From assembly GCF_963921235.1 (NCBI RefSeq), contig NC_086097.1, positions 134,108,001 to 134,172,000 of the forward strand: a stretch of 64,000 nucleotides of DNA. The letters run 5' to 3'. The notes under the pieces were generated by a model. It was not told the origin of the DNA, made no database searches, and was given only the letters and a program-made list of their open reading frames with translations. The first letter of the stretch is position 1. Each line of letters opens with the position of its first letter. Both the position numbers and the translations under genes were made by a program. Positions 1 to 11,584 of the stretch are shown in pieces. The DNA is from Mobula hypostoma (taxonomy: Eukaryota).

Positions 1-180
1 CAGCATGAGTTGAGTGGCCTGCTTCTGTCCTGTACTGTTCTGTGTTCACTGCCAAATCCTGATTGACAGCTGAAGAGCTGCTGAAACATTTTCAGGCTTG
101 TAGCCAACAAGCTTAATGACTGCCACAAGTGTCATTCAAACTTTGCACTTTGCAGTGCATAACCTGAATCTAGACAGATA

Positions 181-345
181 GTAACTTGTATTTTGATGGC
201 ACCTTTCATGGTTTAAGACCTCCCAAAACACTTCACAGCCAGAAAAGGGCCTTCTGGTATGTACTGACTGTTGTAATGCAGGAAACCATGCAAGCCAATT
301 CATGCACAACAAGCTCTCATAACTAGCAATGTGATAACATTGCCA
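181..345 (-). mobile_element. Old DeuSINE (SacSINE1/AmnSINE-like) 3' fragment
   Basis: The reverse complement resembles the Deu-domain tail (ttgtgcatgaattggcttgcatggtttcctgcattacaacagtcagtaca...gaagtgttttgggaggtc...gaaaggtgc). Family recognised from memory. Confidence 0.55.
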
Positions 346-394
346 GTTATGGGAGCCTGATGGGTAATTCACTGTTAAGTATTTCTGCTTTTAC

Positions 395-741
395 TGCTCC
401 TATCCACGCTGTTATTTCTTCCATTTCAAGTAAACCCCTGAGTTCCCTACATTCCACCAACTCTGGTCTCTTGATCAATCCTGAATTTCTTTGCTCCACC
501 AGTAGCATTGAGCCTTTGGCAGCTTGGATCCCAAAACGTTGCAATTTCCTTACAAATTTCTCTTTCCACCCCTACTCTCTCCCTTCCTTTCAGACACACC
601 CTAAAACCCTCCTTTGCTGATCAAGCCTATGGCCACATGCCCCAAAATCTCCTTAGATAGATCATTGTAAGTTGTACTTTAATACCATTCCTTTGAAGTA
701 CCTTGGGAACACTTAGGTAATTTAAGAGTGATATTAAAATA
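395..741 (+). mobile_element. L2-clade LINE 3' end remnant
   Basis: Degenerate L2-type end: cctttcagacacaccctaaaaccctcctttgctgatcaagcctatggccac...cctttgaagtaccttgggaacac. Confidence 0.55.
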
Positions 742-834
742 TAAACTCAGGTGCAGGAGTGGAACCTGGTGTAGTCTTAGGCTGCTGCAGCCCAACCACT
801 CCAAGGTTCAACATTTGTGTTCAGGGATGCTCTT

Positions 835-3075
835 CTGTTACAACTGTAAAGAGTGTCAGTGAGACCACTCCTTCAGTGTGGTGCAAATATTGGAAGCCTT
901 ATTAAAGAATGAGTGCGCCACAATTGGAAGCAGTCCAGGATAGATTCACTAGGCCTACTCCTGGGATGAAAGCGTAGTTCAATTGTCAACTGCTAAGTAA
1001 AAGTTAGATCTCTATTGTACGGAATTTAGAAGAAAGCAAGATTATCTTATTGAATATAAAAGGTTATAAGGGAACATGAGAGGGTAGTTGTTGAGAACTT
1101 TTGACTAACAGGAATCATAGTGTTATAGAGTCATACAATATGGGAACAGGCCCTTTGGTCAAATTGATTCATGCCGGCCAAGATCCTCATCTAAGCTCTC
1201 TTCATTTGTCCATTTGAGGAGTTTCATTTCATTATAAGGTTTATCAGCATTAGTGAGTCTCTAATGACGGGACATTGTTACAAGATAAGGGGGAAGTCAT
1301 TTAACACTTTCTTTATGAAGAAGGTAGGATTTTCTCCTCTCGCAGGTTATAGAGGCTAGATCACAGTTCAAAGTAAATTTATTATCAAAGTACATATATG
1401 TCACCATATACAGCCCTGAAATTCATTTTCCTGTGGACATACTCAATAAATCTGTAGAGTACTAACCATGAGAGAATCAATTAAAGACAATAAACTGTAC
1501 AAATACAAATAGAAAGAAATGATAATGAATAATTATGCAATAAATATCGAGAACATGAGATTAAAAGTCCTTGAAAGTAAGTCCATTGGTTGTGGGAACA
1601 CTTCAATGATGGGGCAAGTGAAGTTATCTCCTTTGGTTCAAGAGCCTGATGGCTGAGAGGTAGTAACTGTTCCTGAACCTGGTGGTGTGAGATCTGGGGC
1701 TTCTATACCTTCTTCCTGATGGCAGCTGTGAAAGGAGAACATATCCTGCGTGGTAAGGGTCATTGATGATGGATGTTGCTTTCCTCCAGCAATATTTCAT
1801 GTAGATGTGTACAGTGATGGGGAGGGCTTTACCTGTAATGGACTGAGCCATGTCCATTGCATTTTGTAGGATTTTCTGTTCAAGGCCATTGGTGTTTCCG
1901 TACCAGGCTGTGATGCAACCAGTCAATATGCTCTCCACCACACACCTATAGACGTTTGTCAAAGTTATAGATGTCATGCCAAATCTTTGCAAACCCCTAA
2001 GGAAGTAGAGGCACTGCTGTGCTTTCTTTGTGCACTTATGTGCTGGGCACAGGACAGGTCTTCTGAAATAATAACACTGAGGAATTTAAAGTTGCTGACC
2101 CTCTCCACCTCTGATCCTAGGATGAGGACTGGCTCATGGACCTCTGGTTTCCTTCTCCTGAAGTCAATAATCAGCTCCTTGGTCTTGCTGAAATTGAGTA
2201 AGAGGTTGTTGTTATGACACCCCACTAAGTCAGATCTTCAATCTCCTTCCTATATGTTGATTCCTCACCACATTTGGTTTGGCCTACGACTGAGGTGTCA
2301 TCAGCAAACTTGGGAGTGGCATTGGAGCTGTGCTTAGCCACAGAGTCATAAGTGCAACACAAGGTAGGTGTAAAGCATTGTAGGTATTTAAAGAGGAGGG
2401 AGATACATTTTTGAAAGATGTGGGAACTGAGGGATGTGGAGACTGGCAGAGGAGCTGAGATATGGGAGAGGGTCAGCCATGATCACATTAAATGGCAGCT
2501 TGAAGGGGCCAAGTATCATACTCCTGCTCTTGCTTTATTGTGTTTTTGAGTGTGAGAGCACTGTTGTGTGAGAAGGGAGTTGAGCAGAGTGGCTTGTGTA
2601 TTCTCTGCAGCTTAGAAGAATGAGAGCTGATTTTATTAAACATTACAAAATTCTGAAGTAAATGATAGATGAGATACTGACAGTCCAATTTCTCAGCTGA
2701 ATGAGAAACCAGAGTCTCAGGATAGGTGGGGTTGGAGATTTAGGATGGATTTGAGGAAAAGTCTGTTAGTTAGGGGGTCGTGAACCTTGCATGAACTCCT
2801 GCATGTCAGCAGAAGCCTGTGAGGGTTCAGCCACTGAGGATGTGAAACACTTGAGTTTTGGGGAATGCACTGCAACAAGGCATCTTAGCCAAGATCTTTC
2901 AACCCCAATATATGCGAGAAGGACAAAGGAAACAAAAGCGTGGGAACATCATTACTTGGAAGTTGCCATCAAAGCCTCTTCCCGTCCTGACATGGAAATA
3001 CATCACTTGGGACACCACCTTTGGGTCAAAATCCTGCAGCTTCTTCCCCATTAACACAGGGGGTATACCCACGCG
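835..3075. repeat. Inverted duplicate of the segment at about 15350-20128 (mosaic of old CR1/LINE fragments)
   Basis: Collinear reverse-complement matches that cross repeat junctions: 835-910 vs 20050-20128; 909-1110 vs 18190-18390; 1111-1364 vs 17617-17911; 2380-2856 vs 17143-17617; 2860-3010 vs 16097-16237. Confidence 0.85.
1365..2375 (-). mobile_element. Rex1/Babar-clade LINE, 5'-truncated
   Basis: ORFs 1624-1992 and 1974-2225 contain KTKELIIDFRR...VERVSNFKFL and YRCVVESILTGCITAWYG...LPSGRRYRS...TTRFRNSY; 3' tail ctttgataataaatttactttgaac. Confidence 0.88.
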
Positions 3076-4094
3076 TCATGATTGACGTTTTGTGCCTTCA
3101 GAGATGCTCTCCTGCTCATCACCATTGTAACGTGTAGCTATTTGAGTGGCTTTCATCTTGCTGCCATTCTCCTCTGACCTCTTACTAACAAGCTGTTTTC
3201 TGCCCACAGAACTGCTGCTTATTGAATGTTCTTTGCTTTTCACACCATTCTCTATAAACTCTGTTTATAAAGCCTTTTGTGTGTGAAAATCCCAGGAGAT
3301 CAGCAGTTGCTGAGGCATTCAAATCACCCCATCTGGCACCAGCAATCATACCAGAGTCAAAGTCACATTCTGATGTTTGGTCTGAATCACAACTGAACCT
3401 CTTGACCATGCCTGCATGCTTTTGTGCATTGAGGTGCTGCCACATGATTGGCTGACTAGATATTTACAGGTGTATCTAATAAGGTGGCCACAGTGTACAT
3501 CATTGTTGTAATGTTTTTGTTTTTTTTAATGATAACTATCAGCTTGGAAGAAAACTGCCAGTATTTGCAAAAGGATATCTGCCAGAAAACACAATAACTC
3601 CATACTCTTTTTGCCAGTGTGAACTGCAGGCAGCTTTGATCTCCCTCTCCTACCTATAGAGAGGGAATCACCCCATTTTTTTTTTAGGCACCAGGACATA
3701 CCATCTTTAATACCCACAAAGCGAACTTAAGACCACACATAAATCAGAATATGATGCACCCCACAATGTAGTTAGAATCGTTTTACAAAATAAACAGAAG
3801 TATCTACCTTAAGTGCAATATATACACATTTATACATCCCCGTTACTAAAGAAACGGAATATTCCACCATGTATGGCAGGAAAGATTTGTAAAATGAACC
3901 CATTATAAGAATATACTGGGGGAAGACTTTGAAGTGCGCATACTCAGCACAATGACAGCAGAATGACAAGGCAGTGTTTGTGTGTGTGTGTGTAAATGTG
4001 CATGTGTGAGGAGTGTGTTTGCCGAGCGCTCTGTGACACAGGAACGCACAGTTGCTACCCAAACCAACCTCTGTGAACAAATCAAGGCAGGAAG

Positions 4095-4690
4095 AATCAG
4101 ACTCAGAATAAAATTTATTAACACTGACTTAAATGTTATGAGATGTGTTTATTTGCAGCAGCAGTACAGTGCAAAGAGATAAAATTGCTATAAATTACAA
4201 AAATAAATAAATTGTGCAAAAAAAAAATGAAATAATGAGGTAGTGTTAATGGGTTCATGACCATTCAGAAATCTGATGGCAGAAGAGAAGAAGCTGTTAC
4301 TGAATCACTGAGTGTGGGTCTTCAGGCTCCTGTGCCTGTTCCCCGATGGTAGTAACATAAAGAGGGTATCTTCCAGATGATGAGGGTCTTTAGAGATGTG
4401 GAATCACATTGAGTCAGTGCCTTTTGAAGATGCCTGCAACAGTGGGAAACTTTGCTAGCTAAATCTATAACCATCTGTAACCCCTTGCAATCCTATGCAT
4501 TAAAGCCTCCATGCCGATTACAATGTTGTCCACTATATATCTACAGGAATTTGCAAGAGCCTTTGGTGACATGACAAATGTCTTCACACTCCTATTGAAG
4601 TAGAGCTGCTGGCGTGCCTTCTTCATGATTGCTTCAATGTGTTGGGCCCTGAGACATTGATGTCCAGGACCTTCAAGATGTTCACCTCTT
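4095..4690 (-). mobile_element. Rex1/Babar LINE 3' fragment
   Basis: Tail repeat (atcaga)n plus tttattaacactgac, and a degenerate match to the same C-terminal coding region as 1365-2375. Confidence 0.7.
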
Positions 4691-5411
4691 AGGAGCTACA
4701 AGATGTTAGAGAGGAGAAAAATAGATGGAAAATTCTGCTTGATAAATGGATTTTGTTCTAGGCGTTTGTGATAATCAAAGAGAAAATGGAAACCTTCTTG
4801 CATTCCGTGAGGCCAACCGTAACGCTGGCTTGTTGATTTTCTTCTTTGACATAGTAAGTCCAATGAAGATTTCTGTGCTTTAATGGCAGTAGAGAAGGGA
4901 AGTCCAAGCAATGACACAAGAGTGTGGATTATTGTGATGTGGTTCAATGTATGACTTCTAAGCTCATTTACATTCCAGTCATTGCTTGAAGGCTGTCATT
5001 CAATAATGAAAGGATTCATTTAGACCATTAATATCACCAAAACTCATCTTGTGAGAGGGGGTCTTTTGCCATACTTATGAAGAAAGCAATATGCTTGTAA
5101 CTCATTGACAAGCTTATTTCCTCCCAACTTTATGAAACAGCAATACATACTTCTTAAAATTGCACCTGAGGGATGACGTTATAATTAACAGATCCTGTGA
5201 TGTTTGCTTACATATACTTCACAGCTGTGAAACATATTAATGTAGTTCAAATAATTAAAATAAGAATCTACTGCAGTGTGTGAATGTGTATGTAAAACAT
5301 TTTAAATTAGATATACTTTTACTGGAAATTATTCCTCCTTATGGAAACACAATTGGACAAAAGACACTCAGACCTTCAAGCCCAATAGCTTAAACCTGGA
5401 TCTTAACTGCA

Positions 5412-5486
5412 TCTTCCCTCCATAATCCTACATCATTCCCTAACAGGATCTTCACTCCATAATCCTAACATCATTCCCTAACAGGA
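5412..5486. repeat. Two-copy ~37-bp tandem duplication
   Basis: tcttccctccataatcctacatcattccctaacagga followed directly by tcttcactccataatcctaacatcattccctaacagga. Confidence 0.9.
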
Positions 5487-6206
5487 ACCCGCCAACTTTA
5501 CTTCCAGGATTTCCATCTGACCCTCAGAGTGGACCATTGTTTAATCAAGATTTCAAAGTCAAAGTCAAAGTTGAGTTTATCCCAAATGCACAAGCATGTG
5601 TATGCATAAGTACAATAAAAAAACTTACAGCAGCATCACATGCATCTGGTATCAGCCCTGCCCAAAAGCGAGGGCTTTTGACAACACCCAAAGTAAGAAG
5701 CCTGGCTCCGCATTTAAGTCTCTCTCCTTCTTTCAGGATGGTGTTACTGAAGGGAATAGTTTCCAGCTGTCTGCCTATCAGGTGGGATATGATTACATTA
5801 CTGTTCTAATATCTGGATTGATACGTATCAAGGTCTGTAATAGTTATGATAAAGCCTATGTTGTCCTGCAGGGAGGAGAATCTGCCATAGTTACCTGGTC
5901 TGGTCTATAGGTGACTCCATAGCCACCAGTGTGATTGACTCTCAGCAACCCTCAGAAATGCACACAAATCAGGAGATACCAACTGGAATGGACAATCAAT
6001 GATGGCTTGAATGACGACATTCACAATTCTTAAACAAATAATGAAGAAAAGCATCCTTTAATTGGAAATGAACAGCTTACAATTGTATATACCTGAGGGA
6101 GAACAATCCTGGTCTATATAATCCTTACTATTTATTGTATCACTTTAACCATTTATCATGTCCTTCTGATGTTTCTTCCTCCCAAAGTCAATATTCCTCT
6201 CCTGAG

Positions 6207-6425
6207 CAACACACAAAATGCTGGAGGAACTCAGTAGGCCACACAGCGTCCGTGGAAGAGAGTAAACATTGAATGTTTCAGGCTGACACCCAGTCCTAAT
6301 GAAGGGTCTCAGCCTGAAACGTCAACTGTTTAGTCTTTGCCATAGATGCTGCCTGGCCTGCTGAGTTCTTCCAGCATTTTGCTTGTGTTACTTTGATTTC
6401 CAATATCTGCAGATTTTCTCTTGTT
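6207..6425. mobile_element. Palindromic PLE-terminus element (two tail-to-tail arms) with a degenerate hammerhead
   Basis: 6207-6290 is the approximate reverse complement of 6304-6390; centre cagtc-ctaatga-agggtctcagcct-gaaac-gtc-aactg. Confidence 0.8.
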
Positions 6426-7627
6426 CATGACTTGACTCCTGTCCTGAGTTGTAACCAGAACAGGAGATATCACTGTAACTGTAATCTAATTAGCATGCTA
6501 TGATCATAACATTATTGGCATCAGTCTATATTTCCATTGTCCACAAGATAATGATAACACCCCCATGAGCTCATCGGATTAGTTTTCTAACAACCAACTC
6601 AATTTTAGTGAGTTCCATTCTTGGACTCCTGACATCTCCCTTCTATGTGGACATGGATATTCTGGGAATGATCTGGACAAAGGCAGCAATTGCAAAAAAT
6701 TCCTCACGTCTAGCTTTCTCAAAGGAAGCTAGTGGTGGGCAATTTAAATGCTGGCTCAGTCCGCAAAGCTCACATTTCTTGAATGAAGTGCAGCTAGCAG
6801 CAACATCAGTTTTCTTGCACAAGTGAAATCTTCTGCAAAAACATCTGGAAGTTTCTAATGGGGATGCAATGTGCCTCACCACAGCCTTTTCCTGCATAAC
6901 CAAGCTGAAATCAACTGAACTCCTAGCTATCCAAAGTTTTTATGAACAACTACATTCCAAATTAATTATTTTACAGAGCCTTCATGGAACTAAATGTGTT
7001 CTTTTTATTGGGAGGGTCAATGATCCAAAGAACTAAATCTTTGCAGTTTCCCTAAATAAATATATCAAAACATAAGGATTTTCAGTAAAGTTTTCTTTTG
7101 ATATTTCAAGTTTTACTTTACTCATTAACATCCCAAGTTTATTTAGAATTATAAAATATTAAACTAGTTAATTAAAAATGGTTCCTAGTTTGGAGTCTGA
7201 GAACACTCCTTAACGATGACACTTTGATGATATCACCGTTGTTGGGTGCCAGAGATCTTGCTGAGCAGGAAGACAGCGGGGGGTAAGGAATTGAAGTTCT
7301 CACTCCAGCGATGGATGGATGTTTGGAGGGTTTTTTTTGTCAACGCCGTGGGAAAGCCTGTCAGTTTAATTTCAACTACAAATTTTGGGCATGTAGTTTG
7401 CTGCCATGCAAGATTAGGTGCACTGTGTGAAAGAACTAGAATCTAAGTGGCTTCATGGATCTTTTATTGATGACTAAAAGCAACTCCCATGACACCACTG
7501 CCAACACGCTCAACTTCCCTGGGTAATGGGAATTCCAGAGATACATCCATTGGTTTATAACCAATACATGGGAAGTAAACTAGCTGTCTTCAGAATCAGA
7601 ATCCAGTTTATTATCACTGACTTCCGA

Positions 7628-7993
7628 ATGTGAAAAGGCCTGAACAGATTGGATATGGCAAAGTTATTTCCCATAGTAGGGGTTTCTAGGACAAGAGGGC
7701 ACGACTTCAGGGTTGAAGGACGTCCATTTAGAACTGAGATGCGGAGAAATTACTTTAGTCAGAGGGTGGTAAATCTGTGGAATTTGTTGCCACGAGCAGC
7801 TGTGGAGGCCAAGTCATTGGGTGTATTTAAGGCAGAGATAGATAGGTTCTTGACTGGCCAGGGCATCAAAGGGTGAAGGCAGGGGAGTGGGGATGACTGG
7901 TGTAATTGGATCAGCCCATGATTGGGTGGCAGAGCAGACTCGATGGGCCGAATGGCCTCATTCTGCTCCTATGTCTTATGGCCTTATGGTCTT
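7628..7993 (+). mobile_element. CR1 LINE 3' end
   Basis: ORF 7649-7876 has SRTRGHDFRVEGRPFRTEMRRNYFSQRVVNLWNLLP; tail cctatgtcttatggccttatggtcttat. Confidence 0.92.
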
Positions 7994-8106
7994 ATATGTC
8001 ATGAAATTTGTTGCTTTGTGGCAGCAGTGCGTGTAAAGATGTAAAAATTACTATAAATTACAATTTAAATAAACAGTGCAGTAAAAGGAATAAACAGATG
8101 ATGTTG

Positions 8107-8583
8107 CAAACAAGAGAAAATCTGCAGATGCTGGAAATCCAAGCAACACACACAAAATGCAGGAGGAACTAAACAGGTCAGGCAGCATCTATGAAAAAGA
8201 GTACAGTCGACGTTTCAGGACTGGAGAAAAAATAGATGAGGAATAGATTTAAAAGATGGGGTCGGGGAGAGAGAAACAAAAGGTGATAGGTGAAACCAGG
8301 AGGGGGAGGGATGAAGTAAAGAGCTGGGAAGTTGATTAGTGAAAGAGATACAGGGCTGGAGTCCGATAGAAGAGAAAAGAAAAGGGGGAGGAGCACCAGA
8401 GGGAGGCAATGGGCAGGCACGGAGATAAGGTGAGAGAGGGAAAGGGGATTTGGGAATGGTGAAGGAGAAGAGGGGGCCAATACCAGAAGTTCGAGAAATT
8501 GATGTTCGTATCATCAGGTTGGAGGCTACCCAGATGAAATATAAGGTGTTGTTCCTCCAACCTGAGTGTGGCCTCATCGCAAC
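8107..8583 (-). mobile_element. Penelope-like element 3' fragment
   Basis: Encodes the GIY-YIG C-terminus EEQHLIFHLGSLQPDDTNINFSNF, then a pyrimidine-rich UTR and a terminus whose hammerhead is internally deleted. Confidence 0.88.
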
Positions 8584-8699
8584 AGGTAATGTTCCTGGGT
8601 TCATGGGCAGAAAAGATATAACTATTCCAAAATCACTGAGCATGGGTCTCCCTGTTTCCTTTTTCTTCCTTGATGACCCTCTGTGGCAAAGCTTTCAGT

Positions 8700-9010
8700 T
8701 ATAGACCATAAGAGATAAGAGCATAACAGGCTATTCAGCCCATCTAGTCTGCTCTGCCATGCAATCCCACTCTTCTCTGTTCTCCCTGTACCCCTTAACC
8801 CCCTTAGCAATCAATCTCTGTCTTAAATGCACCTAATGACATGGTCTCCACAGCACTCCATGGCAATACATTCCACAGATCCACCACTCTCCGGCTAAAG
8901 AAATACCTGCTCAGCTCAGTTCTAAAGGAAAGTCCCTTTATTCTAAGCAATCAAATCCTATGCTCTCCTTCTAATGGAAATATCCTTTCCATGTCCATTC
9001 TATCTAGGCT
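8700..9010 (-). mobile_element. CR1 3' fragment
   Basis: ttccacagatccaccactctccggctaaagaaa is the reverse complement of the FSQRVV.LWN-coding region; CR1 tail present. Confidence 0.75.
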
Positions 9011-10073
9011 TGCCTTAGTATTATCTTACATGACACCTGAGTTCATATGTGTTTGATTATCACCATCATGAAACAGCTTGGGGTGGCTTATGGCTTTAAA
9101 GATGCTGTTTCTTTACAAGTGGCTGTTGTTATTACTCTACCTTTCTAGCAATTTATACAAGAATGGGATTAAAATGAAAATAGCCATTGTTCTTACTGAA
9201 TTGCTGTTTGATTTCATCATCCATGCTACATGACATAATGTCATGTAACCATAATACAATAGACTGGAAGCTCATCCTTTACCCTCAGAGAGAGATAAGA
9301 GGAATTTTTAGTAATTAATCGCCCTTTCACACTTTTTTTTTCCAGAAGAATCTCATAGACCTTTTAAATTATTCTCAGTTTAAAATGTGAAAGAAATCAG
9401 TATGTGTATCAAGAGAGATGTATTTAAGATTGCTTGGGAAGTTAAAACATATATGCTAGATATAGAATTTCCTAGTAATTAACTGCATGAAATTTCTCAA
9501 GAAACTTGCAGTAATCATTAATCCTTTTGTGGGAGTGTTATTGCTCTCTAAAGGCATTGTGCATAATGGTAATAATGTCCACATTGACAGCTGCTGCCAG
9601 TACCTTCTCCTCCTCCCCATCACAATGCAGAACAGCCTACATCAGATTTAAGAAAGATGTATTACAATATACTAAGATCTAGCTTTGAGATGTAATCTGA
9701 GCCCTGGGGCGAGGGTGATGGTTAGAATCTGCTCTGGTTTTATTCTTGGCAACAGGCAAGCCCTTTGATTCAAGAGCTGTGTTGTGGTTGTTCCAATAGG
9801 AAGTCCCTCAATCTCCCAAAGAGCCAGCTGTTCAATTTTGTCCAGGATGTGTGTATAAAACAGCTAAGCACGTCAAAAAGAATTTAGATGGTAGAAGGGG
9901 CTTCGTGTCTAGAAGTAGCATGCAAACAATTTTGGCTTCTTGCATCTCTTGGATTATAATTAACCTTGTGATAATCAAGCTGCTGAGGAGAGAAAATTCA
10001 CATCACTGCCTTTCCTGAGGGGAGGAGGGTGGATTTCTTTACCTTGCCTCTCTAACTTTTCACACTGATGTGG

Positions 10074-10225
10074 GCCTCACGACACCCGAGACCCAGGTTC
10101 AATCCTAACGTCAGGTGTTGTCTGTTCTCCCTGTGACTGTGTGTGTTTCCTCCCACATCCCAAAGCTGTGCTGGTCAGTAGGTTAATTGGCCCTTGTATA
10201 TTGCTCCAGATATGTAGGGGAGCAG
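10074..10225 (+). mobile_element. V-SINE (HE1-like) fragment
   Basis: B-box ggttcaatcc followed by V-domain gtttcctcccacatcccaaag...gtaggttaattggcc. Confidence 0.7.
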
Positions 10226-10319
10226 TAGCATCGAGAGAGGAGATCGAGCAGGCTCGTCAGTCCATAGAGTGCATACCCTGCAAACATTGCAGATCTTTGT
10301 CTAGCTCTCTGCTGGATGT

Positions 10320-10775
10320 CAAGGATGTGGCTGCACGGGAGAGAGTGCAGAGGAGAATCATCAGGCGATTGCCTGGATTTGGGAGACTTTAATTAAGGGG
10401 AGATAAGCTGGGTTTGTTCTCCCTGGAATAAAGGTATCTGATAGAGGTATGTCAAATTAGTAAGAGACATAAATATTGTAGATGGTCAGAATCTTTTTCC
10501 CATCACATAAGAAACAAGAAGGCGAAGGTTTTAGGTGAGAAGAAGACATTTTAAAGGGGAGAAGAGGGGAAGTTTATTAGACAGAGAGTGATGGTTTGCT
10601 AGAATACTGGCCAGAGGAAATGGTGGAATCAGATATAATCGCCATGTCTAAGAGACATTTAAATAGAGTAGACGTAGAAGGGTATAGTTAATGCAGGCAA
10701 ATGGCATCAGTGTAGATGGGGGGGCCTGGGGGCATGGGCTGAGGGGCCTGTTTTTTTGCTGAACAACTCTATGAG
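10320..10775 (+). mobile_element. Old CR1 3' fragment
   Basis: aaggatgtggctgcacgggagagagtgcagaggaga (KDV..ERVQRR) through to a CR1-like tail. Confidence 0.7.
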
Positions 10776-11584
10776 TTCAACTTCTTTCCACATTGTCTCC
10801 CAGGGCGGTGCATTTCAGATTCTTACTACTTGCTGCATAAAATAGGTCACTCCTCATGACACCTGCCTGTTACCTGATTCTACATCCTCTTGTCCCTCAC
10901 CTTTCCCCCACTGCAAGCAGTATCAGTCTAATCAATTTGTCTGCATGGAGCTTTATGAGTTCAAATATCAATACCAAATCCTCTCACGAGCTCCTTTGCT
11001 TCCAAAAGAACAAACCCCTGCTTCACCAGAGTATTCGCATCACTGAAGCTCTGAAATTTAATTCCAGTAAGTCTAGTAACCATTCTAGTAAATCACTTCT
11101 GCGTCCTCTTTAAAGCCATTACATCCTTTATAATGTGTGGTGTACAGAACTGTGCACAGTATTTGTAGCCAAAGTAGAGTTTTATAAAGTTTATAACAGA
11201 ACAGTACTGCACATGAACAGACCCTTCAATCCACTATTTCTCTGTCAAACTTGATACCAAGTTAAAGCTAAATCCCTTCTGCCTGCATGTGAGCCATATC
11301 CCCTTATTTCCTGCATATTTATGTGCCTATCTAACAAGCTCTACTTTATCTGATTCCACCATTATCCCTGGCAGCCTATTCCAGACACCTATCACTGTCT
11401 GGTGAAAACAACTTGCCCCGCAAATGTCCTTGAAACGATTCCCGTCTCAGCTTAAATGCCTGTCCTCAGGTTCTTGAGAACTCTACACTGGGAAAAATAT
11501 CCTGACTGGCTACCCTATCTATGCCGCTTGTAACTTAATAAACTTCTGTTAGGTCACTCATCAAAAATAACCCAGGATTGTCCA

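Larger units (their letters stand above)
744..3495 (-). mobile_element. Non-autonomous Tc1-like element split into 744-837 and about 3082-3495 by a captured segment
   Basis: Right end tctaataaggtggccacagtg followed by TA. Left end TA+aactcag...gtgcaggagtggaacctggtg has a partly deleted TIR. ORF 3185-3445 encodes the Tc1 HTH segment (SECDFDSGMIAGAR...SATADLLGFSHT...INRVYREW). Confidence 0.75.

Noticed and set aside
6608..6903. Overlapping short Cys-rich ORFs
   Set aside because: No recognisable motif or exon boundaries.
7628..7993. Inverted match to 63345-63710 as a second segmental duplication
   Set aside because: Similarity is confined to the CR1 body and does not extend into the flanks; these are two insertions of one subfamily.
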